IMG/VR virus record: IMGVR_UViG_2718218135_000005
Length of the DNA: 39,236 nt
Direction: 5' to 3' (one strand)
Source of the DNA: a virus
Lineage: Duplodnaviria > Heunggongvirae > Uroviricota > Caudoviricetes
Positions 1 to 8,708 of the stretch are shown here, piece after piece (positions within the stretch are counted from its first letter, which is position 1; each line of letters begins with the position of its first letter). The translations under genes were made by a program, and so were the position numbers. The notes under the pieces were generated by a model that searched no databases, was not told the DNA's origin, and saw nothing but the letters and a program-made list of their open reading frames with translations.

Positions 1-603
1 TTAGACTTCAATCGATTCAGAGATCTCTAACGCATCATCGACTTCAATGCCCAGATAACGTACTGTGCTTTCCAGTTTCTTATGGCCTAACAGAAGTTGG
101 ATCACCCTGAGATTCTTAGTTTTCTTGTAAATCAGGTAAGGTTTTGTTCTTCTCAAGGAATGTGTACTGTAAAGCGAATCTTCGAGACCAAGTTTTGCTA
201 CCCACCTATGAAAAATTCGGTTGTATTGCCGGGTTGATATGTGTTGGTTAGTACCGACCCGAGATCGGAACAAATAGTCTTTACTGCGTAAATTGCCAAG
301 CTTTATCAATGCAGAAACAGCTTCTCTTGTCCCTTTGGTTATCTCAAATTGGACAGGGCTGCCGGTTTTCTGTTGTAGAACCGTAGCTCTGCTTGAAACA
401 GAGCTACCATATGCAACATCAGATACTTTGAGTTTGACTAGATCACAGCCTCGAAGCTTACTGTCCAAGGCCATGTTGAACAGAGCTAAATCGCGCGTTT
501 TACCTTCCAGTTCAAGTCGGATTCGGATACCCCAGATATGAGATATCTGAAGTGGTCTTTTTTGGCCTATGATACGGTCTTTGTTCCACGGTGACGTGTT
601 CAT
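1..603 (-). CDS. short tyrosine-type site-specific recombinase (phage-integrase family, catalytic domain only)
   Basis: ORF-track 202-aa product (TTG at 609 or in-frame ATG at 603); C-terminal HSLRRT ... LLGHKKLESTVRY matches the H-x-x-R ... LGH ... Y pattern of tyrosine recombinases; stop codon at window positions 1-3. Confidence 0.7.
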   Translation of the reverse strand: MNTSPWNKDRIIGQKRPLQISHIWGIRIRLELEGKTRDLALFNMALDSKLRGCDLVKLKVSDVAYGSSVSSRATVLQQKTGSPVQFEITKGTREAVSALIKLGNLRSKDYLFRSRVGTNQHISTRQYNRIFHRWVAKLGLEDSLYSTHSLRRTKPYLIYKKTKNLRVIQLLLGHKKLESTVRYLGIEVDDALEISESIEV

Positions 604-639
604 ACTCAAATCTCCTGCAATGTGGGAGATTTGAGTATG
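601..639. repeat. perfect 15-bp inverted repeat with 9-nt spacer, spanning the recombinase start codon and SD
   Basis: catactcaaatctcc (601-615) and ggagatttgagtatg (625-639) are exact reverse complements. Confidence 0.6.
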
Positions 640-998
640 GTTGTCCTTATGAGCGAGGCGCGGAAGCTCACTTTAGGGTAATCTAATTCACATGTCAGAG
701 GATTTATAAAAAGAGAATAGTGCAGATTTTAGGGATACTTACACTTGCTATGGCATACTTTTTGGGACCCCATCAGTTTAGGGATCTGAATCGCCACAGC
801 TTTGGTAGGCACCTGCTTTATGGTCACGTGCACCCGAAAATCCTGCGGGTACACATGGGTCACGAAAAGTACGAGTCTACAGAAGTTAATTTACGGTTTT
901 TTGCGCTCGATGTGGCTGCCAGCTACCAAGTCCAGTTTACACTGGATACAACTAACGCGCTGTAGCAACTGCGTGGTGGAAGCTGATTAAAGGAGATA

Positions 999-2102
999 AT
1001 GATGTTCGATGTTGACGATACTGCACCCGATACTCCCGACCCCCGTGAACTCAGTCAGGATGTGCAGGCGCTGATCAACAATGGTCTGGATTTTCTGGAT
1101 AAAGCCCGTGAAGAGTTGGAGGCCTCGAAGCCGAAGTTCTCCGTCGTCAGTTTCTGGACTGCGGTCGAGATTTTACTGAAAGTTCCGCTGGCGCACGAAC
1201 ACTGGTCGTTGGTCTGCAGCCCGAAAAAGCCAATAAAAAAGCAGGCTTACCTAGCCGGTGATTTTCAGTCGGTGACCTACGAAGAAACCCGTGAAAGGCT
1301 TAAGGACGTACTTGAAAGCCCCCTAGACAGAGAAACGGACAGTGCTTTTGATAAGGTCAGAAAGCACCGCAACCGCGTAGTTCATTTCTACCACCCCACT
1401 TTCACCGAGGCTGAACAACGTCAAATACTCAAAGAACAAGCTGACGCCTGGTTTGCCCTGAACCGGTTATTAAGGGATGAATGGAAAGTTATCTTCGGTG
1501 TCAAACATAATTGGAAGCTGGCTTTCGGTGAAACTCGTCTGATTAGGGGAAACAAATTTTATGCCGAGGTGCGGTTTAAACAGGTTAAGCCTGAACTCGA
1601 GCAGCTCTCTGAAAAGAATATTCAAATCGGTAACTGCAATGAGTGCCATCAGCATGCGACGGTAACAGGGACTGAAACGACCGGTAATGAAAACCGTAAG
1701 CTTGAAGTTACGCGGTGTAAGGTTTGCACCAGTGCTGTAAGGCAAATTACCCTAGTTTGTCCAGACTGCGAAATACCTCAATTGCTACCTGAGGGAGATA
1801 GTGATTTTGAATGCGAACACTGCGACTACACTTCGGATAGGTATAAACTGCTGGATGAGGAGTTGTTCCACAGTGTGGATGAACAGCTACTCTCCGTATT
1901 TCCTGCTGGATGTACCAATTGCATGACTCCTGAAAGCGTATGTAAATTTGGAGACGGCTATCTTTGCACTCAGTGTTTCATCTATTACACCGAGCTTCAT
2001 GTATGTGGTTGTTGCGGTCACCTGAGCGATAGCGTTCCTGAACTGAGCCATATCCGAGGATGTGAATTTTGTGATGGTGACCAACGTTATTTTGATGACT
2101 GA
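999..2102 (+). CDS. hypothetical Cys-rich protein: helical N-terminal domain with R-x4-H motif, C-terminal array of eight CxxC pairs (predicted zinc ribbons)
   Basis: 367-aa ORF with SD aggag at 991-995; RNRVVH motif in KVRKHRNRVVHFYHP; CNEC, CKVC, CPDC, CEHC, CTNC, CTQC, CGCC, CEFC in the C-terminal half. Function not recognised. Confidence 0.65.
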   Translation: MMFDVDDTAPDTPDPRELSQDVQALINNGLDFLDKAREELEASKPKFSVVSFWTAVEILLKVPLAHEHWSLVCSPKKPIKKQAYLAGDFQSVTYEETRERLKDVLESPLDRETDSAFDKVRKHRNRVVHFYHPTFTEAEQRQILKEQADAWFALNRLLRDEWKVIFGVKHNWKLAFGETRLIRGNKFYAEVRFKQVKPELEQLSEKNIQIGNCNECHQHATVTGTETTGNENRKLEVTRCKVCTSAVRQITLVCPDCEIPQLLPEGDSDFECEHCDYTSDRYKLLDEELFHSVDEQLLSVFPAGCTNCMTPESVCKFGDGYLCTQCFIYYTELHVCGCCGHLSDSVPELSHIRGCEFCDGDQRYFDD

Positions 2103-2484
2103 ATTACCATACATAATCTAGGCTCTTCAGGGATGGGTTGGACAGTCCGCTCCTGGCACATAGCAGTCCTAGAGACACTGGCGTAAAGCCATGGAGGATC
2201 GGTGGGAGGAGGTAAAAATCCTCTCATGCAAAAAATACGCAAAATCGATAACAGTTGGAAATCATTCAATACTCGCACTATCGGAAGTTCACCAGCCAGT
2301 CGTAGCACGTTCTTGCATACGACGTGGCTACGGTCTCAACTCCGTCCCCCACCAATCATGATTGGGCAGTACCAGTACAGCACTAGTAAAAACTGGAAAT
2401 AAGCAGTCTCAGCAAAATACCGGCCAGACGGTGAGAAGACAAAAAAGATACGCAAAGTAACCGCGGCCCTTAGTGACATGAAAT

Positions 2485-2504
2485 CCCGCTATACGGGCTT
2501 TTTT
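2485..2504 (+). terminator. weak terminator-like hairpin plus T6 run
   Basis: cccg-ctata-cggg followed by cttttttgt; only a 4-bp GC stem. Confidence 0.3.
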
Positions 2505-2579
2505 GTATCTGCACACGATTGATTATTAGGTCCGTATAGCTAATAGTGGTCTTAACCTACATATAGAATCAGAGACTTT

Positions 2580-3275
2580 ATGAAAAAGGAAATACTCAAG
2601 GCTCTTTGCCCTACATGCGGTGGGTTACGTAACTGCACTGTGCATGGGAAGCTAACCACTAGCTGGGAGGATTCCCAATATCCAGTTTATGGGTACCATT
2701 ACCATCACCTACTCCAATGCAATGGCTGTGATACTGTCTTCTATCACCACAACGAACACTTCAGTGAGCATACTACCCACGAATATCGTGATGGTGAATT
2801 TGTAGAAACGCCTATAGATATGATCACTACCTATCCTGCCGCTGAAACATTTCAAGCTCCGATATGGTTATCCAAGCTTGAATCAGTTGATCGTCAGCTC
2901 TTTCAAATATTTAATGAAATGTATTCTTCATATACTTCTGACCATTTCATTCTTTCGTCCATCGGTTTACGGACGATTTTTGATCGAACTGCTGAACTGT
3001 TACAAATTCACCCCGGTTTGCCGCTTGGTGAAAAAGTTGAAAAATTAAAACAAGATGGAGTCATAGGCGACACTGAGGCATGCGTTATATCTTCAGTAAT
3101 TGATGCAGGAAACGCCGCCGCACATCGCAGTTGGAGCCCGAATAAAAGTGAGTTCGAACAAATGCTAGAAGCTATAGAAAGTTTTGTCCAAAGAACTATC
3201 TTGGGCAAAAAATCACTTGAACATATAACCAAACAACTCCCACCTCGGGTTACAAGACCTAAAAATAGTGCATAA
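2580..3275 (+). CDS. hypothetical protein: N-terminal CxxC...CxxC zinc ribbon plus helical C-terminal domain (possibly DUF4145/HEPN-like, from memory)
   Basis: 231-aa ORF; CPTCGG...CNGCD near N-terminus, His-rich stretch YHYHH, C-terminal VIDAGNAAAHRSW motif; AT-rich by eye. Confidence 0.65.
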   Translation: MKKEILKALCPTCGGLRNCTVHGKLTTSWEDSQYPVYGYHYHHLLQCNGCDTVFYHHNEHFSEHTTHEYRDGEFVETPIDMITTYPAAETFQAPIWLSKLESVDRQLFQIFNEMYSSYTSDHFILSSIGLRTIFDRTAELLQIHPGLPLGEKVEKLKQDGVIGDTEACVISSVIDAGNAAAHRSWSPNKSEFEQMLEAIESFVQRTILGKKSLEHITKQLPPRVTRPKNSA

Positions 3276-3301
3276 TCCGCGATCATCAATGTGGCGTAAG
3301 G

Positions 3302-3858
3302 CTATGGTTTACTTGCTACAGGGAATTTTTTATACACCGTTGAAATACCCAGATCATAAATCAGTGCGACTTGCTGCTGATATATTCCCGATTCAATCAA
3401 CCTGCCAGCCTGCCCCCATTGTTCTACTGTCAGCTTTGGCTTTCGCCCACCGTTCCTCCCTTCTTGTCGTGCTGCGGCAAAGCCGCCCTAGTACGTTCGA
3501 CAATAAACTCTCGCTCCATTTCAGCCAGGGCACCCATCACATGAAAGAAAAAACGCCCTATCGGCGTGCTGGTATCAATAGCATCCGTCAGGCTGCGAAA
3601 ATTAACGCCACGTTCGCGCAACTCCTCAACCAGAATGACCAGATGCCGCATACTACCCCCCAGCCGATCCAGCTTCCAGACAACCAGAGTGTCACCTGCC
3701 GATAATGTCCTGAGCAGTTTTTTCAGTCCCGGCCTTTCGGACTTTGTACCGCTTATCTTGTCTTCAAAAATCAGCTCGCATCCTGCACAGTTCAGCGCAT
3801 TACGTTGTAGATCTGTGTTCTGGTCATTTGTTGATACGCGTACATAGCCAATAAGCAT
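3302..3858 (-). pseudogene. Pin/Gin/Hin-family serine DNA invertase, interrupted by a single-base frameshift
   Basis: N-terminal MLIGYVRVSTNDQNTDLQRNAL...VVWKLDRLG...GRFFFHVMGALAEMERE is a serine-recombinase catalytic domain and stops at 3430; the HTH tail (GGRKPKLTVEQWGQAGRLIESGIYQQQVALIYDLGISTVYKKFPVAS) reads in another frame over 3302-3457. Confidence 0.7.
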
Positions 3859-3884
3859 GGTAGATCCCTCTGACAAAAGCAGGA

Positions 3885-4436
3885 ATGATGCCATCTGCTC
3901 GTTATTTCTGCATTTTCATAAACGTTGGTTTGGGAGAAGGTTCGGCATTACCCGTTGGCGTGCCTGTTCCGTGGCCTTCCACCACTCCGCCAACAGGCTG
4001 GCTGAAATGCAACGGTGCGGCTTTTTCTGCTGAAGCATACCCGGAACTGGCAAAGGCTTATCCGACAAATAAATTGCCTGATTTACGTGGTGAGTTTATT
4101 CGTGGCTGGGATGACGGGCGTGGAGTGGATAGCGGTCGTACTTTATTAACGAATCAAGAGCATGCAGTAATTTCTCATAATCATGGAATACCTACAAAAG
4201 TGGGGTCAGTTACTAATATCCCGTATGGAATAGAACAGGTTCTATCTGATGAAACCATTTTTTCATCAGCAAAAACAGTTGGTGTGGATTACTGGTCTAA
4301 CAGTGAAAGAGTTTTTACTTATACCACTGGTGGAAGAAATGGTGCTGAATCAGTGAGTTCACCTGATGCCTCCTCTTTAATTAAAGAAACCAGACCACGG
4401 AACCTGGCATTTGCGTATATCGTGAGGGCTGCATAA
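3885..4436 (+). CDS. alternative tail-fibre C-terminal (variable) domain, unfused and promoterless in this orientation
   Basis: ORF runs through the left crossover site; product has GWLKCNGAAFSAEAYPELAKAYP, a tail-collar-type fibre tip motif; the annotated ATG is probably not a true start. Confidence 0.6.
   Translation: MMPSARYFCIFINVGLGEGSALPVGVPVPWPSTTPPTGWLKCNGAAFSAEAYPELAKAYPTNKLPDLRGEFIRGWDDGRGVDSGRTLLTNQEHAVISHNHGIPTKVGSVTNIPYGIEQVLSDETIFSSAKTVGVDYWSNSERVFTYTTGGRNGAESVSSPDASSLIKETRPRNLAFAYIVRAA
3913..3938. repeat. invertase crossover site (gix/pix/hix-like), left end of invertible segment
   Basis: TTTTCATAAACGTTGGTTTGGGAGAA fits the 26-bp TTxTCxxAAACC-NN-GGTTTxxGAxAA pattern of Gin/Hin/Pin sites. 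Confidence 0.55.
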
Positions 4437-5044
4437 TGGATTACGCCGTATTAAATAACGAATTTATCGCCACCCAGGCAGGAAATATTACTGTTTATAA
4501 CTATGATGGTGAAACGCGTGAATATATTTCTACATCAACTGAATATCTCGCTGTCGGCGTCGGTATTCCGGCATGTTCTTGTTTGGATGCACCAGGTACA
4601 CATAAAGCTGGTTATGCAATCTGTCGCTCTGTAGATTTAAATTCATGGGAATATGTGCCAGATCATCGCGGTGAAATCGTCTATAGCACCGAAACAGGAG
4701 AATCGAAAGAAATCACAGCTCCGGGTGATTATCCTGAAAATACAACCACTATCGCCCCGTTAACGCCATACGATGAATGGAATGGTGAGAAATGGGTGAC
4801 AGATACCGAGGCACAGCACGGCGCAGCAGTAGATGCAGCAGAAGCACAGCGCCAGTCGCTGATTGATACTGCAATGTCCTCCATCAGTCTGATTCAACTG
4901 AAATTACAGGCCGGACGGAAGCTGACGCAGGCAGAAACAACCCGCCTTAACGCTGTGCTGGATTACATTGACGCGGTGACGGCAACAGATACCAGCACCG
5001 CGCCGGATGTTATCTGGCCTGAACTGCCGGAGACTGCACAATAA
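4436..5044 (+). CDS. tail fibre assembly protein (Tfa) for the alternative fibre tip
   Basis: 202-aa product ending ...DTSTAPDVIWPELPETAQ, the conserved Tfa C-terminus; start overlaps the upstream stop (taATGg). Confidence 0.8.
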   Translation: MDYAVLNNEFIATQAGNITVYNYDGETREYISTSTEYLAVGVGIPACSCLDAPGTHKAGYAICRSVDLNSWEYVPDHRGEIVYSTETGESKEITAPGDYPENTTTIAPLTPYDEWNGEKWVTDTEAQHGAAVDAAEAQRQSLIDTAMSSISLIQLKLQAGRKLTQAETTRLNAVLDYIDAVTATDTSTAPDVIWPELPETAQ

Positions 5045-5187
5045 ACTCACCATCAATATATAAATCCCCCTGCTGTGTGTCAGCAGGGCATTCTTTCCAT
5101 ATTAATGATGGATGGAATCTTCCTTCAGGATTAATTTCCGTTATCTCTTCTACTTTATTTTCTTCAATTCTTGCCCACATATGAACC

Positions 5188-6111
5188 TCACCAGTAAATA
5201 TAAACTGCGCCATCTGCTCCGGCACCCGACTGACCCGTTGATGAATTAGGACATAATCCAGCACCGCCACCTCCAGGCCCAACTGCTGATACCGCTTTTC
5301 CGTTAGCTGTATCTCTGAATGAACCTGCTCCTCCGGGGCCACCACCAGAACCACCATTACCAGCTCCCGATGCGGCAGAAGCAATGGAACCTGGAGAACC
5401 AGGCCCAAGCGATGTATTAATTGTTCCCCCGACACCAACTGCGCCTAACCCTCCGGAAGGCTGGCCTCCGCTATAGCCTCCGGAAGCTGACATGTAAGTC
5501 CCGAAACTGCTCGAGCCACCATTTTTACCGTTTACAGAAATACCAGACACAGGCGCACCACCGGCACCAACCGTAATCGAAACACTGTTTATACCAGTTA
5601 AATCTACCAGCCCCTCAGCAACTCCGCCCCCACCACCTCCTCCGCCACATGTAACGGCTGAAGCGGTTGTTGAACCTATCCCTCCTGACGCACCGCCACC
5701 AATAACTTTGACGTAACATTTTCTTCCTTTGCGCAACTCTTCAGGAACAGTCCAGTTTGTTACTCCAGCCGTTGTGAAGGCAACCAGATTTCTGAACCCA
5801 AATGAACCTTCTCCCAAACCAAGGTTTTCGAGAGCTGTTTTCACCGTGCCATCCGATTTGATATCGCCAAACGGATTCTTGCGGCTTAACAGCAGCGCAC
5901 GAAGCGCGGTAAGCAACTGGTCGTGCCGCGCCTTCTCCAGGCTGGCACCGGATGCCTCCACCACGCTGCAGAGTTCTTCCTGCAACATATCAAAGTAGTC
6001 ATCATCCAGATCGGTGGCAGGTGTGCCGGTCTGGGGGTTACCACGAGTAAAACCGTTCTTACCCGCGCCGAACTTATCCTTCTGCGCGGTTTTAGTGTCT
6101 ATGCGATGCAT
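5188..6111 (-). CDS. tail fibre protein (constant N-terminus plus currently expressed variable tip)
   Basis: 307-aa Gly-rich product; reading frame crosses the right crossover site at 5809-5834; follows the baseplate genes. Confidence 0.8.
   Translation of the reverse strand: MHRIDTKTAQKDKFGAGKNGFTRGNPQTGTPATDLDDDYFDMLQEELCSVVEASGASLEKARHDQLLTALRALLLSRKNPFGDIKSDGTVKTALENLGLGEGSFGFRNLVAFTTAGVTNWTVPEELRKGRKCYVKVIGGGASGGIGSTTASAVTCGGGGGGGGVAEGLVDLTGINSVSITVGAGGAPVSGISVNGKNGGSSSFGTYMSASGGYSGGQPSGGLGAVGVGGTINTSLGPGSPGSIASAASGAGNGGSGGGPGGAGSFRDTANGKAVSAVGPGGGGAGLCPNSSTGQSGAGADGAVYIYW
5809..5834. repeat. invertase crossover site, right end of invertible segment (inside tail-fibre gene)
   Basis: TTCTCCCAAACCAAGGTTTTCGAGAG; its reverse complement shares TTGGTTTGGGAGAA with the 3913-3938 site. 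Confidence 0.55.
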
Positions 6112-6114
6112 GGA

Positions 6115-6699
6115 TTACTCCGGATATTTAAAAATTACGTAGGTATGCGACGGGCAGAGTTTGTTAAGCACACACTCGACAACGGTGTCGCCCCATATAC
6201 GCAGCGCGGAATCACAGGGATCGCCACATGTCATCCAGGTGGTGTTGGTGGCGGCTGGCATGTTGATCTGCCAGTAATACCGCCATTCCGGCGCATTCAC
6301 CGCGTCAGTACAGGCCGATGAGCAGGTGAAGGTGCTTTTGTCGTATCGCGTGATGGTGGCATCTGGCCTGCCCAGGGCAGCAAGCTGTGCAAGATAAAAA
6401 TCCTCGTTGATGCCGCCCGCCAGGTTAACCTTCGCATCCAGCCGTTGCTGACGCTGGCGAAGGGTCTGCGTTCCCGCCGGAATACATTCATCCGGCAGAC
6501 CGCACAGACGCTCCCAGCGGTTTATCAGTTCAGTGGTGGTGCGCGGATCCAGCTCCCGCATCAGGGCATCCGCACGCTGATGAACGCGGGTTAATGACGG
6601 TGCCGCACCGGCAATCGCCGGATCTCTGGCTGACCACGCCGGACCGGGTGGCAACAGTGCCGACAACAGACGGATGTAATCATCGTTTGTCACGTCCAT
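6115..6699 (-). CDS. tail/baseplate protein, e14 YmfQ-like (DUF2313, Mu gp48 position)
   Basis: 194-aa product; position between baseplate J-like gene and tail fibre; resemblance recalled from memory. Confidence 0.6.
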   Translation of the reverse strand: MDVTNDDYIRLLSALLPPGPAWSARDPAIAGAAPSLTRVHQRADALMRELDPRTTTELINRWERLCGLPDECIPAGTQTLRQRQQRLDAKVNLAGGINEDFYLAQLAALGRPDATITRYDKSTFTCSSACTDAVNAPEWRYYWQINMPAATNTTWMTCGDPCDSALRIWGDTVVECVLNKLCPSHTYVIFKYPE

Positions 6700-7748
6700 G
6701 AAATCGTCCCCAGAACCGCCAGTTCATTTTTCGCAATGGAGATATTGTCTGCCGGTGCAAGCAACTGATGGCTATATTCCCCGTTCGCACCGGAAATCGC
6801 CTCACTGATACGCGATACCTTCAGTTCTCCCTGCGGATAACCATCACGCAGAAGAAACGAACGCAACTCCGCGGTGATGGCGGCTCGTATTTCTGGTGTG
6901 TCCGGCGTCACGCGGATATGAAAATCCACCGTATGTGCCACCGGCCTGAATACATACAAATCAGAGCCTGCCACCGGGGCCAGTGGCACGATATGTTGTC
7001 TTGCTGCCGTTTCCGTTGATTCTTCCGGAATGGGATTAATCAGGTCACTGCTGGCAATCATCACACCGACAGTTCCCGTTCCCATCCAGTGACGGTATGT
7101 CCATGCGCGGGTAATGCCGGGCACTTCTTTAGCCCAGACGACATAGTCCCCGTCAGCCCCGCCCTGAGGCGTCCAGTAATACCGCTCAATGACGCGGGCG
7201 CGCCACGTTTCCAGCTCTTCAGTATCAAATCCGCCTGTAAGGGTGTCAGCCACACCGGAAGACGGCAGACCATTCACCGGCGTGACCAGGATTAATGCCG
7301 TACCGTCGTCAGCGTTACCGACCGCACCTGCACTTGAGCAGGCGATCGGCACGCGCAGGACACCACCGGAGCTGATTGCATCGTCAGTTGTCGTGTACTG
7401 CACCAGGTCATCGCGCTGAATAACACTCCCGGCAGTCACCTTCAGGCCATCGCTGACACCTTCCCAGCGCATATACCCGCTGGCAACCGTGGCCCCCTTG
7501 CGCGGACACCGTTTCATCGCAGCATGTCGCGCCAGCCAGGACTCATCGCACAGGTCAGGCAGCATATTCATTGCCAGATAATCGATGTAACCGTAGACCG
7601 TATGCAGCGCCGCCGCATACACCTTTGCCCGCACGTCTTCATCCATGCGCCGGAGCGTGTCGCTGACGTCCAGCCTGGCGAATAAATCGTTACGGAGCAT
7701 ACTGATATTTTCTGCCAGCGTCGGGCGCTGAAATTCACTGTCCGCCAT
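6690..7748 (-). CDS. baseplate J-like protein (Mu gp47 position)
   Basis: 352-aa product; synteny in a Mu-like tail module. Confidence 0.65.
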   Translation of the reverse strand: MADSEFQRPTLAENISMLRNDLFARLDVSDTLRRMDEDVRAKVYAAALHTVYGYIDYLAMNMLPDLCDESWLARHAAMKRCPRKGATVASGYMRWEGVSDGLKVTAGSVIQRDDLVQYTTTDDAISSGGVLRVPIACSSAGAVGNADDGTALILVTPVNGLPSSGVADTLTGGFDTEELETWRARVIERYYWTPQGGADGDYVVWAKEVPGITRAWTYRHWMGTGTVGVMIASSDLINPIPEESTETAARQHIVPLAPVAGSDLYVFRPVAHTVDFHIRVTPDTPEIRAAITAELRSFLLRDGYPQGELKVSRISEAISGANGEYSHQLLAPADNISIAKNELAVLGTISWT

Positions 7749-8163
7749 GCGTTATCGCACTCCACAGATCATCAAAAGAAATCATTACTGGTCCATCACG
7801 ACGCCAGAGGGTGATACTGTTACCCAGCTCATTAATCCCGGTGCGGCGGATATCCAGATCAATACGGGACACCACGCCGTCATCAGTCATCCATTGCAGG
7901 CATTCGCGGATATACCCCCTTACCGTCTGCACCAGCTGATTGGTCAGTTTGCTGCGCTGAAGCAACCACAGTCGGGAGCCGTAACGGTCATTCTGTACCG
8001 CAGGCCAGGTATCCCCCCACCATCCCATCGGGACGTCGGCATTGTCATCAGGCTCCGCCCGCCGCCAGGTGAACAGGGAAATCACCACGGCGCGGGTCAG
8101 CGGATCCAGCGGTGCGCTGGCGCAGGTGCGTTTACCGTTCACCGTCAGCCACAGTTCCATCAT
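7735..8163 (-). CDS. baseplate protein (Mu gp46-like)
   Basis: 142-aa product; synteny. Confidence 0.55.
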   Translation of the reverse strand: MMELWLTVNGKRTCASAPLDPLTRAVVISLFTWRRAEPDDNADVPMGWWGDTWPAVQNDRYGSRLWLLQRSKLTNQLVQTVRGYIRECLQWMTDDGVVSRIDLDIRRTGINELGNSITLWRRDGPVMISFDDLWSAITHGGQ

Positions 8164-8708
8164 GCCTCCATCGCTTTATCAGGTTTGTCGGTGTTACTGC
8201 CCTGACCGTTCTCTCTGTGACGATGCCCGTTATAGGCAAGCCGCATCGCTGACATGGTGGTGCCGCCGGAGTCGCACAGGTCTTTCACCTGTCCGGTCAC
8301 TTCCAGATCCATTTCAAAACGTGCTTCAGGTGCATTGCGAAACGTGATCGTTTTCCCTGCACCGTCCACCACGATCCCCTCCCGGGTCAGCGTCACAGAC
8401 TGCCCCTGATCGTCATAGACAGCCACCTCACCCGTTTGCAGCCCTTTCAGGCGGTAGCGCCGGTCCGACACCGTAACAACCACCGCATGAGAACGGTCGC
8501 CATCCGGAAACAACACCACCGCTTCCGCACCGCTGTTTGCCCTTGCGGTAAAACCGTAGGGTTCAAGATGTTCAACCCCGGCTTTGGGTTCACCGGCAAT
8601 CAGGGACACATCCACGGTCTGACATTTCGTGGCGGCACTGATGCTTTTCACCACTGCCCGCCCAATCAGGCCGAGAAGTTGTCGCTGCATGGCTTCAATC
8701 GTCCTCAT
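8160..8708 (-). CDS. baseplate assembly/spike protein (gpV / Mu gp45-like)
   Basis: 182-aa product; synteny. Confidence 0.6.
   Translation of the reverse strand: MRTIEAMQRQLLGLIGRAVVKSISAATKCQTVDVSLIAGEPKAGVEHLEPYGFTARANSGAEAVVLFPDGDRSHAVVVTVSDRRYRLKGLQTGEVAVYDDQGQSVTLTREGIVVDGAGKTITFRNAPEARFEMDLEVTGQVKDLCDSGGTTMSAMRLAYNGHRHRENGQGSNTDKPDKAMEA

Larger units (their letters stand above)
3913..5834. other. invertible DNA segment (tail-fibre host-range switch, e14 P-segment / Mu G-segment type)
   Basis: Two inverted crossover sites sharing an identical 14-bp half-site TTGGTTTGGGAGAA, adjacent invertase gene, convergent tail-fibre tip and assembly genes inside. Confidence 0.55.

Noticed and set aside
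1-3300. attL (second copy of the thrW 3' end) within the window
   Set aside because: No match to the tRNA 3' segment seen by eye in the left region; the boundary is probably outside the window. A proper alignment is needed.
3268-3705. 145-aa plus-strand ORF
   Set aside because: Antisense to the invertase gene, whose minus-strand reading is recognisable.
5010-5438. 142-aa minus-strand ORF overlapping the 3' end of the tail-fibre gene
   Set aside because: About 250 bp lies inside the Gly-rich fibre gene in another frame, and the product there is low-complexity; only the non-overlapping 5010-5181 part is considered.
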